Shown: positions 39,648 to 48,440, counted from the stretch's first letter. The stretch: DNA of 53,098 bases from Gemmatimonadota bacterium (GCA_038153405.1 JAYOYH010000033.1:1-53098); one strand, 5' to 3'. Made by a program: numbers and translations. The notes: generated by a model from the sequence alone, not told the origin.

Positions 39648-41884
39648 CAGAAGGAAAAGTTGAGGCCAAACGTCGGTATGACGGGCAGCATTTTAACCAC
39701 TTCGGGCTCCGTGGCCAGATCTTCGGTATTGTACTGGACAAACCACTCGTTGCGCCGACTATAGACGTTGAAAATCTGCACAAAGGCCTCGGCATCTCTG
39801 CTCCATAGGGCAAAGGAGCGGCGCAGGCCGGCATCGATTCGGTGGTAGGGCAAAAGGCGGCCGCTGTTGCGCTCTGCCGGCAGGGCGCGATCCTCGAAAA
39901 TGCCCGTGGCCGGGTCGCGCAGTTGGTAGCGTGCGGCGGCCGGTGTAAAAGCCTGGCCGGTGCCGTAGACAAAACTCGTGCTGGCAATCCACTTGCCGAG
40001 CCGATAGGTGGCGGTGAAAGACGCGTCGTGGCGGCGGTCGTACTTGGGGGGAAAGGTGCGTCCTTCGTTGATTTCGGGGAAGGTGCGCCGCGTCCATCCC
40101 AGCGTATAGCCCAGCCAGCCGCGCAGCCGGCCCGTGCGCTTTTCCAAAAAGAGCTCTAACCCCGTCGCATAGCCGCTGCCGTCCGTCTTAAACACGTCGA
40201 TGGAGCGCGTCTGGTCACTGTCGGCGACGCTGTCGTTGTCGAGTAAGACCAGATTGTCGAGGTCGGTGTAATAGGCCTCGGCACTCAGCCGGTAGCGCTG
40301 CGAGGGCTCCCACTCCAAGCCCGTGACCAACTGCCACGAACGACCCGGTGTCACGCTCTCGTCCAGCGGCACCCAGAAGTCGCCGCCGCTAAAGCCTTCC
40401 GAAGTGACCAACTGCAAATATTGGTGGTAGAGGCCGCCGGCCAGCTTAAAGCGCCAGCCGGGCTGCAGCACTTGCGAAAGAGAAAAGCGCGGCTCCAATA
40501 CTGCGCGCGCCCCCTCGCTGAAGTAGCTAGAGCGCAGGCCAATGCGCAGGTCGGTGAGTGGGGTCATCTGCCAATCGTCCTGCGCGTAGGCCGATAGCAG
40601 AAGGGGGTTGGTATTGAGATCGAACTGTTGTTGGCGATTGAACGAAGAGGCGAAATCGAATGCGTAGTGACTCAGCTGCAAGCCGCTTTTAATCGTGTGG
40701 TTGGAGCCGGCAAAATAGTCGATGTCCGCTTTGAAGGACACGTCGCGGACCTGGTTGCCAAAGTCGATGGGCGTCTCAAAAAAGCTCAGCGCAATATCGC
40801 TCTTATACTCAGAGTAGAAGGCGGTGAAGCGACCAAAGAGCGTCGGCGTGAAAACGCGCTTCCAGCGCCCGCTCACGGCGCGATTGCCCCAGCGAATGTT
40901 GAAGTAGGTCTCCGCGTCGGGGTCGAGGGCAAAGTCGAGCAGGTCGCGCCCCCAATAGGCGCTGAGCACCATGGTGTCGTCATCGCCTAGCGTCCGGTGT
41001 ACCTTAAAATTGAAGTCGTAGAAATAGTAGTCGGGCACGTCGATGCCGTTTCTGCGCACGACGGCCAGCACCGGATCGAGGTAGGTGCGCCGCCCGGCCA
41101 GCAGCCACGAGCCATGCTCTATGGGGCCTTCGGCCAGCAAGCGGCCGGAGATCAGGCTGATGCCGCCGCGACCACTGACGCGGCGGCGGTTGCCCTCGAT
41201 GTTCTGCACGTCGAGCACGGCGCCGAGATTGCCTCCGTACTGAGCGGGATAAGCGCCCTTATAGAAGGTGATGTCTTTGATCGCATCCGGATTGAAGGTC
41301 GAGAAAAAGCCAAAGGCATGCGCCGGGTTGTAGAGCGGCACCTGGTCGAGCAGGATGCGCGTTTGATCGGGGCCGCCGCCGCGCACGTAGAGGCCGCTGC
41401 TAATATCGGAGGCCGACTGCACGCCGGGCAGGAGCTGCAGGCTGCGCAGGAGGTCAGGCTCGCCGATAGCCGGTAGGCGCTCTAGGGTCTTGGCCTGCAG
41501 TGCGGTTACGCTGGCCTGCTGGCGCAGTTCGTCCTGCAGGCGATCGGCTGTGACCACCGTTTCTTCCTCGATGCGGATCAATTCGCTCTGCAGCTCGATA
41601 TCGAGGCGGAGCTGTTGTCCTTGATCGAACTCGACGGTATCGCGCTGCACGCGGTAGCCAATGTAGGAAATCGTCAGCGCATGGCGTCCGGCTGGAATAT
41701 TCTGCACGGCGTAGTAGCCGTCGGCGTTGCTGAGTGCGCCCAGGCGGAGGCTGTCAAAGGAAACGGTTGCGTTGGGCAGGTTTTCGCCGTCTTCGGCGTC
41801 GCGCACAAAGCCGCTGAGCGTGGCTGCAAAAGACGGTTGGCACAGCGAAAGGAGAATCCAGAGGAGTTTACAGCAGGTGCGCAT
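39647..41884 (-). CDS. TonB-dependent receptor with N-terminal carboxypeptidase-regulatory-like domain
   Basis: 'LSGFVRDAEDGENL', plug 'LQLLPGV...YVRGG..DQ', 'KGAYPAQYGG', C-terminal Phe ('GLNFSF'); ATG 41884 overlaps the carH stop. Confidence 0.92.
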   Translation of the reverse strand: MRTCCKLLWILLSLCQPSFAATLSGFVRDAEDGENLPNATVSFDSLRLGALSNADGYYAVQNIPAGRHALTISYIGYRVQRDTVEFDQGQQLRLDIELQSELIRIEEETVVTADRLQDELRQQASVTALQAKTLERLPAIGEPDLLRSLQLLPGVQSASDISSGLYVRGGGPDQTRILLDQVPLYNPAHAFGFFSTFNPDAIKDITFYKGAYPAQYGGNLGAVLDVQNIEGNRRRVSGRGGISLISGRLLAEGPIEHGSWLLAGRRTYLDPVLAVVRRNGIDVPDYYFYDFNFKVHRTLGDDDTMVLSAYWGRDLLDFALDPDAETYFNIRWGNRAVSGRWKRVFTPTLFGRFTAFYSEYKSDIALSFFETPIDFGNQVRDVSFKADIDYFAGSNHTIKSGLQLSHYAFDFASSFNRQQQFDLNTNPLLLSAYAQDDWQMTPLTDLRIGLRSSYFSEGARAVLEPRFSLSQVLQPGWRFKLAGGLYHQYLQLVTSEGFSGGDFWVPLDESVTPGRSWQLVTGLEWEPSQRYRLSAEAYYTDLDNLVLLDNDSVADSDQTRSIDVFKTDGSGYATGLELFLEKRTGRLRGWLGYTLGWTRRTFPEINEGRTFPPKYDRRHDASFTATYRLGKWIASTSFVYGTGQAFTPAAARYQLRDPATGIFEDRALPAERNSGRLLPYHRIDAGLRRSFALWSRDAEAFVQIFNVYSRRNEWFVQYNTEDLATEPEVVKMLPVIPTFGLNFSF

Positions 41885-42840
41885 TATGCCGGGCTGAGCC
41901 TGATGGCCGAGAGCGTTGGTCGCAGCTGCAAGAACTCGTCGATATGGATAGCATTTATATGCTGCAACTGCGTTCGGCACTGCGTCGCACCGGCGCCGCC
42001 CGCTAGGATGATGGCACTGCTTCCCAAGCGCTGGCGCAGCTGGCGCAGCTCCTCTCCAAGGGCTTGTGCATCAATGGAGTAGACGATGCTCAGCGCGACG
42101 ACGCGCGCGCGCTGCCGAAAGGCAGCAGCGGCGATGTCGTCGGCGGCGATATTGCTGCCTAGGTAGGTGGTGCGCCAGCCCTCAGTGGCGGCGAGGGTGG
42201 CGACAAAGAGGGCGCCTAACTCGTGCATTTGCCCCAGCGGTGTAGCCACTAACAGGTGCGGTGCATCGTCGGGTACGCGCAGGGCCGAGCGAATAGTATC
42301 GATAAAGGACCGCACGACGACGGACGCTAAGTGCTCGCTAGCAATGCGCAGCGAGCCGTCTCTCCAGCGCTGGCCAATGGTGGCCATAAGCGGCTCTATG
42401 ACGTGCGAAATAAGGCGATTGTGATCGAATTGGAGCGCGGCCCGCTGCAGTTCGCCTTCAAGGGCCTGCGAGTCGAGCTGCTGCACGGCGTCCATACAGC
42501 GAGCCACAATGGCCTCGGACGATCCCGCCGAGTTGGGCGCATTGCGACCCGGTGCATCGCTGTCGGGTTGATTCGCAGCCGGTTCGGAACTCTCTGCTAC
42601 GAGCGCGCGCAGCTGCTCATCCGATAGGTGGGCAATCTGACCGATGGAGTGTCCGGCACGGGTCGACTGGCACAATAGCCTGAGGCGCACTATGTGGCCT
42701 TCGCTATAGAGGCGTTGCCCGCTGGCCGTGCGCTGGGGCGAAATGGCCGCATAGCGCTTTTCCCAAATGCGAATAACGTGTGCGGTGAGGCCCGTGCGCT
42801 GCGATGCAAGCCTAATAGGGTAAGTAAATGTATTGTCCAC
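41884..42840 (-). CDS. CarH/LitR-type MerR regulator with AdoB12-binding photosensory domain (copy 1)
   Basis: MerR 'IRIWEKRY...RLYS'; W-x9-EH (WRDGSLRIASEH); 'GQMHELG' B12 motif. GTG 42840 aligns with the start of copy 2. Confidence 0.88.
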   Translation of the reverse strand: MDNTFTYPIRLASQRTGLTAHVIRIWEKRYAAISPQRTASGQRLYSEGHIVRLRLLCQSTRAGHSIGQIAHLSDEQLRALVAESSEPAANQPDSDAPGRNAPNSAGSSEAIVARCMDAVQQLDSQALEGELQRAALQFDHNRLISHVIEPLMATIGQRWRDGSLRIASEHLASVVVRSFIDTIRSALRVPDDAPHLLVATPLGQMHELGALFVATLAATEGWRTTYLGSNIAADDIAAAAFRQRARVVALSIVYSIDAQALGEELRQLRQRLGSSAIILAGGAGATQCRTQLQHINAIHIDEFLQLRPTLSAIRLSPA

Positions 42841-42846
42841 AGGGGG

Positions 42847-42874
42847 AATATACCGGGTGTCGACCATTCGTCAA
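42847..42874 (-). promoter_or_regulatory. Sigma70 promoter with 11-bp-spaced TnGAC repeats (putative CarH operator), carH copy 1
   Basis: Minus strand TTGACG-aatgg-TCGACA-cccgg-TATATT, then 6 nt to the GTG. Confidence 0.6.
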
Positions 42875-42934
42875 CGCGAGAAACAGAAGTAGTTTTAATC
42901 CTGTAAGACGCCTAAAAATAGCGACATAAAATAG

Positions 42935-43717
42935 TTAAAGTAAGAAGGCGTGTAAGAAGGCGGCGTTGGCTACCAGCGGGGCTGGAGCGATGACGACTAC
43001 ATACATATAGAGTCGCTGCAGGCGTCGATCCCAGTGGCGTGGCTCTATGAGCAGGGCAAGGCCTTGGATAAGGAAGTACGCTGCCATGGGGCCGAAGTAG
43101 ACTGGGTGGCCCATGAGATAGTGTGGGACGGTCAGAATTAGCTCGTGCCAAATGCCCGAGGCGATAAAGGCGGCCAGCAGACCGAGGCGAGGGTAGCGCA
43201 TAAGGGGAGAGAAAAATATGTGGCGCAGCCACTCGCCGACCCAGCGGTTCCAGCAGCTGCCCCAAAAATGGGCCAGTGAACGAGCGAGCAGGGGGCTGTT
43301 GTGAACAGGGCAGATAAGGCGTCCGCTGCTGAGAAAAATAAGGCGGAAAACAGCCCCCATGGTTTCGGTCAGCACATAAAAGGCTGGGAAGGCCATATAG
43401 GCGCGCACGAAGGGAGGCGGTGCAAAGCGACTGACGATATGCCAATAGAGGGCGTAGGTGCACAGGGATATGAGCAGCCACTGCAGGGCCGTGCGTCCGG
43501 CAAAGGTACAATGGCCGCTTTGCAGCGCAGGGCTACGCAGCCAAGAGCGCGGCGAATAGAAAGGCGCGAGAATGTAGAAGGCAACTTTTTGCGGTATGGG
43601 CAATCGGTAGATGATGCCGCCGATTACTTTGAGCGGTATACCCACCAGAAAATAGGCGGCTGCAAAAGCGAGCGCCCCTCCGATGCTGGGGGCAATGGGT
43701 AGGTGAGCGGTTTCCAT
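42935..43717 (-). CDS. MBOAT family (wax-synthase-like) membrane O-acyltransferase
   Basis: 'SLAHFWG..WN' and 'FIASGIWHE' (catalytic Asn/His motifs); multiple TM helices. Confidence 0.8.
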   Translation of the reverse strand: METAHLPIAPSIGGALAFAAAYFLVGIPLKVIGGIIYRLPIPQKVAFYILAPFYSPRSWLRSPALQSGHCTFAGRTALQWLLISLCTYALYWHIVSRFAPPPFVRAYMAFPAFYVLTETMGAVFRLIFLSSGRLICPVHNSPLLARSLAHFWGSCWNRWVGEWLRHIFFSPLMRYPRLGLLAAFIASGIWHELILTVPHYLMGHPVYFGPMAAYFLIQGLALLIEPRHWDRRLQRLYMYVVVIAPAPLVANAAFLHAFLL

Positions 43718-43772
43718 GGGGCTTAAATAAACGCAATAAAGGCGCGCAGAGAAAACCGCCCGCACCGGGCAC

Positions 43773-43813
43773 AAAAAAAACCGCCGGCGCAATGCCATGT
43801 GCGCCGGCGGTTT
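43773..43813 (-). terminator. Intrinsic terminator after the fasciclin gene
   Basis: Minus strand AAACCGCCGGCGCA-loop-TGCGCCGGCGG followed by T8. Confidence 0.88.
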
Positions 43814-43838
43814 CTGCGATGAAGAAGAGCGGGGTTGC

Positions 43839-44390
43839 TTAGCGGATGGCTTCGCTCTTTACTGCACCCCACGAGTTGTTTTCGACGGCAGTCGGACCGG
43901 CCGGCGGCAGCAAAACGGCATCGATGACGTGAATCACGCCGTTGCTGGCCAGAATGTCCACGGCCGTGACATTGGCGTTGTCGACCATGACGCCGGCATC
44001 GGAGGTCATGATGGTCACAGACGCGCCGTTTACTGTGGCGGCCGAGCTGAGGGTCACGACCTGATCCGAGGTAACGGCACTGGCGACGACGTGATACAAC
44101 AGGATAGAAACGAGCTGGTCTTTATTTTCAGGCAAGAGCAGAGACGCTACCGTACCTTCAGGCAGTTTGGCAAAAGCATCGTCGGTGGGAGCAAATACGG
44201 TGAAAGGCCCTTCGCTCTTCAGTACATCAATTAGGTCGGCAGCCGTCAGAGCAGCAGCCAGCGTATTGAAGGTTCCCGCTTCAACAGCAGTGTCGACGAT
44301 GTCCTTGTCGCTCTGAGCGCTGGCGGTATCGGCGGAGAAGCATAGGCCGGCAGCGACCATAGCGGTGAGGGCAAAGCGTGCGATTTTCAT
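43839..44390 (-). CDS. Secreted fasciclin (FAS1) domain protein
   Basis: Signal peptide; '[13 protein letters not shown]', 'LLYHVV', '[13 protein letters not shown]'; GGAG RBS. Confidence 0.93.
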   Translation of the reverse strand: MKIARFALTAMVAAGLCFSADTASAQSDKDIVDTAVEAGTFNTLAAALTAADLIDVLKSEGPFTVFAPTDDAFAKLPEGTVASLLLPENKDQLVSILLYHVVASAVTSDQVVTLSSAATVNGASVTIMTSDAGVMVDNANVTAVDILASNGVIHVIDAVLLPPAGPTAVENNSWGAVKSEAIR

Positions 44391-44444
44391 GACAAGTCTC
44401 CGAGTTGTGCGCTTAGTGGCGCGTTGTTTAAGTTGCTTGTCAAG

Positions 44445-44483
44445 AGAATACTCAAGGTCTACCATTTGTCAATGTTTTGTCTA
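44445..44483 (-). promoter_or_regulatory. Fasciclin promoter overlapped by three 11-bp direct repeats (putative CarH operator)
   Basis: Minus strand TAGACAaaaca-TTGACAaatgg-TAGACCttgag-TATTCT; the middle repeat is the -35. Confidence 0.72.
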
Positions 44484-44491
44484 TAAAAAAA

Positions 44492-45430
44492 CTACAGTGT
44501 GGCTATTTTTTGCAGCAATTGTGCGAGAAGGGCCAGATTGTCTATGCGAAGGGCATCTATCTCATCTATAACGGCTTGGAAGTGTGGGGCCATGCGGCCG
44601 CCGATGAGCAGGGGGGTGTCGGGCAGCGCTTGCCGCAGTTTGGTCAATTCGCCGCGCAGCAGGGTGTCGTCTTCCAGATAAATGATACTGAGGGCCACGG
44701 CTTTGGCGGAGTGGGTTAGCGCCGCTGCGGCAATTTCCTCGGCCGGTAGGTTGGGACCCAGATAGAGCGTATTCCAGCCTGCACTTTGCGCGGTCAGGCT
44801 GGCCAATAAGGCGCCGACTTCGTGCCACTGTCCGGCCGGTGTTGTGCTGATGAGCAGAGGGGCGTTTGCGGGGGGCCGATTGGTCGAGTGTAGGGTGCCG
44901 AGGAACGTTCGAACGATCGAGGTCGCCAAGTGTTCGTCGGCTACGCGGAGGGTGCCGTCGCTCCACCTATCCCCGACTGCTCTCATCAGGGGATCAATTA
45001 CGTCGACCAGCAGGCGATTGCGCCCCATGGCGACTTCGGCCGCCATGAGCTCACGGGTGAGTTCATGGCCGTTCATGTCGGATACGGCGCGCAAGCAGCG
45101 CTGCACAAAATCGTGCGGTTGGCCCTCTGGCAGGGGCGGTTGGTCAGGCGATTGTTCCTGCATGGGGGTGGCGAGAGGACGCTCGGAGAGCAATTCCCTG
45201 AGGTCGGTGTCCGACAGGTGTGCTATGCTCCCTATGCTGTGGCCCTGTTGCGTCGCTCGGTGCAGATTGGCCAGGCGCTCTATATCGTCGCCCGAGTATA
45301 GCCTGCGGTTGGTGGCCGTGCGCTCCGGTGACACTGCGCCATAGCGCTTTTCCCAAACGCGAATGGCATGCGGACTCAGTCCGGTTCGCTGTGCGACCAT
45401 TTTCATGGCATATCGCTTCTCGCTTGTCAT
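44492..45430 (-). CDS. CarH/LitR-type MerR regulator with AdoB12-binding photosensory domain (copy 2)
   Basis: 'IRVWEKRY...RRLYS'; W-x9-EH (WSDGTLRVADEH); 'GQWHEVG'; 'YLGPNLP'. Confidence 0.9.
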   Translation of the reverse strand: MTSEKRYAMKMVAQRTGLSPHAIRVWEKRYGAVSPERTATNRRLYSGDDIERLANLHRATQQGHSIGSIAHLSDTDLRELLSERPLATPMQEQSPDQPPLPEGQPHDFVQRCLRAVSDMNGHELTRELMAAEVAMGRNRLLVDVIDPLMRAVGDRWSDGTLRVADEHLATSIVRTFLGTLHSTNRPPANAPLLISTTPAGQWHEVGALLASLTAQSAGWNTLYLGPNLPAEEIAAAALTHSAKAVALSIIYLEDDTLLRGELTKLRQALPDTPLLIGGRMAPHFQAVIDEIDALRIDNLALLAQLLQKIATL

Positions 45431-45436
45431 ATCGGA

Positions 45437-45531
45437 TTAATATGAATAGGTGGCTGACTTGTCAAACAAAAAACCGCAAAAATCGCAAATAAAACATTGA
45501 CAAAGATTAGACAATACTTTACCTTGTCTAA
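45437..45531. promoter_or_regulatory. Divergent sigma70 promoters (carH2 and sigma gene) with putative CarH operator
   Basis: Plus strand: TTGACA(45497)-17-TACCTT, TAGACA 11 bp after the -35, and palindrome TTAGACAA-N9-TTGTCTAA (45507-45531). Minus strand: TTGACA(45465)-17-TATTAA, then 6 nt to the carH2 ATG. Confidence 0.7.
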
Positions 45532-45577
45532 GTAAAGAGCGTTATAAATTAATTTGTCTACTTTTAGGAGGTGCGCG

Positions 45578-46432
45578 ATGCGCGATATCGAAAAGAATCA
45601 GAAAGGTGCGAAAAGCAGCGATATCCTTGATGTATATTGGGAAGAAATCAAAAACAACCAGCCGCTTAAACGACAGGAAGAAATTGAGCTGTTCGCGCGC
45701 ATTCGCCGCGGAGACAAAGTCGCTCTTGAGACTCTCGTCAACGCCAATCTGCGCTTCGTCGTCAGCGTTGCACGCGAATATTGTCCGCAGGATGGCCCCT
45801 TACTCATGGATCTGATCGCCGAGGGCAATATGGGGCTTATACGCGCCGTCAACAAGTTTGATGAGACGCGCGGTTTTAAGTTCATCACATACGCTGTGTG
45901 GTGGATTCGCCAAGCCATTCTCAAGGCACTGCCCCGCGATTTTCGCGCTGCGCGCCTGCCGATGAGTCACATTCACGACCAGCACGCCGTAGAACGCGAG
46001 ACCGCCAACTTAAGCCAGACCTTAGGGCGTCAGCCCACGCTATACGAGATCTCTGATTGCATGGATATGACCTCCGATCGCCTGCGCAATGCCATGGAGG
46101 CTGGGCTGCAGGATATGTCGCTCGACGCACCGCTGTTTGACGGCGAAGACACGCCCGCACTTGAGGCATTTGCCATGGGCGGAGACGATGTGGTCGTCGA
46201 TCAGGAGGAGCTTGTTGAAGTGCTCAGCGAGAGCCTGCGCAAGCTCGAACCGCGCGAGATGCAGATTATCAGCGAGTACTTTGGTTTGCAAAGTGGAAGC
46301 TGCAAAACGTTGGAGGAAATTGGCAGCGAAATGGGTGTAACGCGCGAACGCGTTCGCCAGCTGCGCAACCGCGCGCTGCAGAAGATGCGCAGCCACCTAG
46401 AAGAGCTAGAATTCGAAGTGTCGGCGAATTAA
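45578..46432 (+). CDS. RpoD/SigA-family sigma70 factor lacking region 1.1
   Basis: Region 1.2 'LDVYWEEI...L..EE', region 2 'NLRFVVSVA...DLIAEGN.GL...YAVWWIRQAI', region 4 'TLEEIG..GVTRERVRQ'; AGGAGG RBS. Confidence 0.93.
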   Translation: MRDIEKNQKGAKSSDILDVYWEEIKNNQPLKRQEEIELFARIRRGDKVALETLVNANLRFVVSVAREYCPQDGPLLMDLIAEGNMGLIRAVNKFDETRGFKFITYAVWWIRQAILKALPRDFRAARLPMSHIHDQHAVERETANLSQTLGRQPTLYEISDCMDMTSDRLRNAMEAGLQDMSLDAPLFDGEDTPALEAFAMGGDDVVVDQEELVEVLSESLRKLEPREMQIISEYFGLQSGSCKTLEEIGSEMGVTRERVRQLRNRALQKMRSHLEELEFEVSAN

Positions 46433-46443
46433 ATCGGGCGCAA

Positions 46444-47022
46444 TTGAACGGTCTATTTGCACGGCTAGCTGGGGTCGCGGTGCTATGCGCCGCAGTGGCA
46501 ATAACTGCACAGGAGGAGAGGGCAGTGACGTATCAGGAGGCCCTGCAGCGCACGGCGCATGCAGCCCAGCAAGCGCCGGTACCCGGCAGCGAAGCCGAGG
46601 CGCGCGCCACGGCTGCATTCACCGACTTTGTTCGCCAGATGCGCGCTGAGTCCATTGCGGCCCACGCGCGCCGCGTTTACGCCGAAGATGCTTACTTCAA
46701 CGATACGGTAAAAGAAATCGAAGGCAGCGAAGCGATCGCCGAATACTTGGCCGAGAGCCTAGGGGCGACAGAAGAGGTCAATGTCGAAGTGGTTGACGTG
46801 GTCCGTTCCGGCATGGACTTCTACTACCGCTGGGTGATGGACATCAAGTTTCGCAGTCTAAATGGCGGCAATTGGGCGCGCTCAGAGGGCATGAGCCAAG
46901 TTCGCTTTAATGGCGAGGGGCGCGTCGTCTTGCACCGGGACTTTTGGGATGCGGCAGGCGGACTCTTTGCCTACATGCCGGTCGTTGGCTGGCTAATCAA
47001 GTGGATCAAGGGGCGCATTTGA
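46444..47022 (+). CDS. SnoaL-like/NTF2 family protein with N-terminal signal peptide
   Basis: 'VYAEDAYFND', 'G.S.VRFN.EG.V..HRDFWDAA'; typical of photolyase/cfa neighbourhoods. Confidence 0.8.
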   Translation: MNGLFARLAGVAVLCAAVAITAQEERAVTYQEALQRTAHAAQQAPVPGSEAEARATAAFTDFVRQMRAESIAAHARRVYAEDAYFNDTVKEIEGSEAIAEYLAESLGATEEVNVEVVDVVRSGMDFYYRWVMDIKFRSLNGGNWARSEGMSQVRFNGEGRVVLHRDFWDAAGGLFAYMPVVGWLIKWIKGRI

Positions 47023-48440
47023 CATCGGCCTGCGCCATCGTCTGGCTGCGTCGCGACCTGCGCTTGAGCGACCACGCAGCTTTGGCCGAGGCGTCTGCGC
47101 GCGGTCGGGCTATTTTACCCGTATACATAGACGATCCCGACGAAGAAGGCCCGTGGCCGCAGGGCGCAGCCAGCCGCTGGTGGTTGCACCACTCGCTTAA
47201 ATCACTGGACGCCGACCTGCGCGCGCGCGGCAGTCGGCTGCTGTTGTACAGGGGACGGGCCGTCGAGGTGTTGGTAGATTTAGCGCGCGACTCGGGTGCG
47301 GACAGCATCTATTTTCAACGCCGCACTGAGCCTGCGGCGCGCGCCAACGAGGAGCGCGTCGAGCGCGCGCTGGCATCGGCCGCTATCACCGGGCATGCGC
47401 ACGACGGTTGGCTGCTCTTTGAGCCGCACTCCATTGCCACAGGGCAGGGCCGTCCGTATCAGGTGTTTACCCCCTTTTGGAAGCGCTGTCTGCAGGAAGG
47501 GCTCGACGATCAACTCGCTCAAGTGCCTTCGGCATTGCCGGCGCCCAATCGCTGGCCCAATTCGCTCTCCCTAAACGAACTGCAGTTGCTGCCCTCCATC
47601 GACTGGGACGGCGGTCTGCGCGCAGAATGGCAGCCGGGTGAAGCGGGAGGGCAGAAGCTGCTGCAGCGCTTTGTCGGGGAAGTCGTCGATCGCTATGGCG
47701 AAGGGCGCGACTGCCCTTCCGAGCGCTGGACGTCGCGGCTGTCGCCGCATCTGCACTTTGGCGAGATCAGCCCGCGCCAGGCGGTGTCCGCCCTGCGCGA
47801 TGTGGCCGGCGAGGGCGCCGCCGCTTTTTTGCGCGAGCTGGGTTGGCGCGAATTCTCCCATCATTTGCTCTATCACTTTCCGCACTTAGACGCCGAGCCG
47901 CTGCGCCCGCAGTTTGCCGATTTCCCCTGGTGCGAAGACCCCGCTGGCCTGCGCGCCTGGCAGCGCGGCCGCACCGGCTATCCTTTGGTCGACGCCGGCC
48001 TGCGCCAGCTGTGGCAGACGGGGTGGATGCACAATCGCGTGCGCATGGTCGCTGCTTCGTTCCTAGTGAAAGACCTGTTGATAGACTGGCGTCGCGGTGC
48101 TGAGTGGTTCTGGGATACGCTGGTCGATGCCGACCTGGCCAACAACAGCATGGGTTGGCAGTGGGTAGCCGGATGCGGCGCCGATGCAGCGCCCTTTTTT
48201 CGCATTTTTAACCCCGTTACGCAGGGGGAGAAATTCGACCGCGAAGGGACCTACGTCCGCCGCTGGGTGCCCGAGTTGGCGCAGCTGCCCTCGCGCTACA
48301 TTCACGCGCCCTGGCGCGCGCCAGACCACGTGCTGCGCGCGGCTGGGGTCCTGCTTGGACAAACCTATCCCGAACCGATTGTCGATCATGCCTTTGCGCG
48401 CGACCGCGCGCTGGCCGCCCTGCAAAAGAGCAAGGGCTGA
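47019..48440 (+). CDS. phrB: Deoxyribodipyrimidine (CPD) photolyase
   Basis: 'WLRRDLRLSDH', 'TSRLSPHLHFGEIS', 'WQTGWMHNRVRM', 'DADLANN..GWQW', 'FRIFNP'; TTG start overlaps the upstream TGA. Confidence 0.95.
   Translation: MTSACAIVWLRRDLRLSDHAALAEASARGRAILPVYIDDPDEEGPWPQGAASRWWLHHSLKSLDADLRARGSRLLLYRGRAVEVLVDLARDSGADSIYFQRRTEPAARANEERVERALASAAITGHAHDGWLLFEPHSIATGQGRPYQVFTPFWKRCLQEGLDDQLAQVPSALPAPNRWPNSLSLNELQLLPSIDWDGGLRAEWQPGEAGGQKLLQRFVGEVVDRYGEGRDCPSERWTSRLSPHLHFGEISPRQAVSALRDVAGEGAAAFLRELGWREFSHHLLYHFPHLDAEPLRPQFADFPWCEDPAGLRAWQRGRTGYPLVDAGLRQLWQTGWMHNRVRMVAASFLVKDLLIDWRRGAEWFWDTLVDADLANNSMGWQWVAGCGADAAPFFRIFNPVTQGEKFDREGTYVRRWVPELAQLPSRYIHAPWRAPDHVLRAAGVLLGQTYPEPIVDHAFARDRALAALQKSKG

Noticed and set aside
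42868..42934. Cobalamin riboswitch upstream of the carH1-TonB receptor operon
   Set aside because: The intergenic region is too short and has no B12-box-like sequence.
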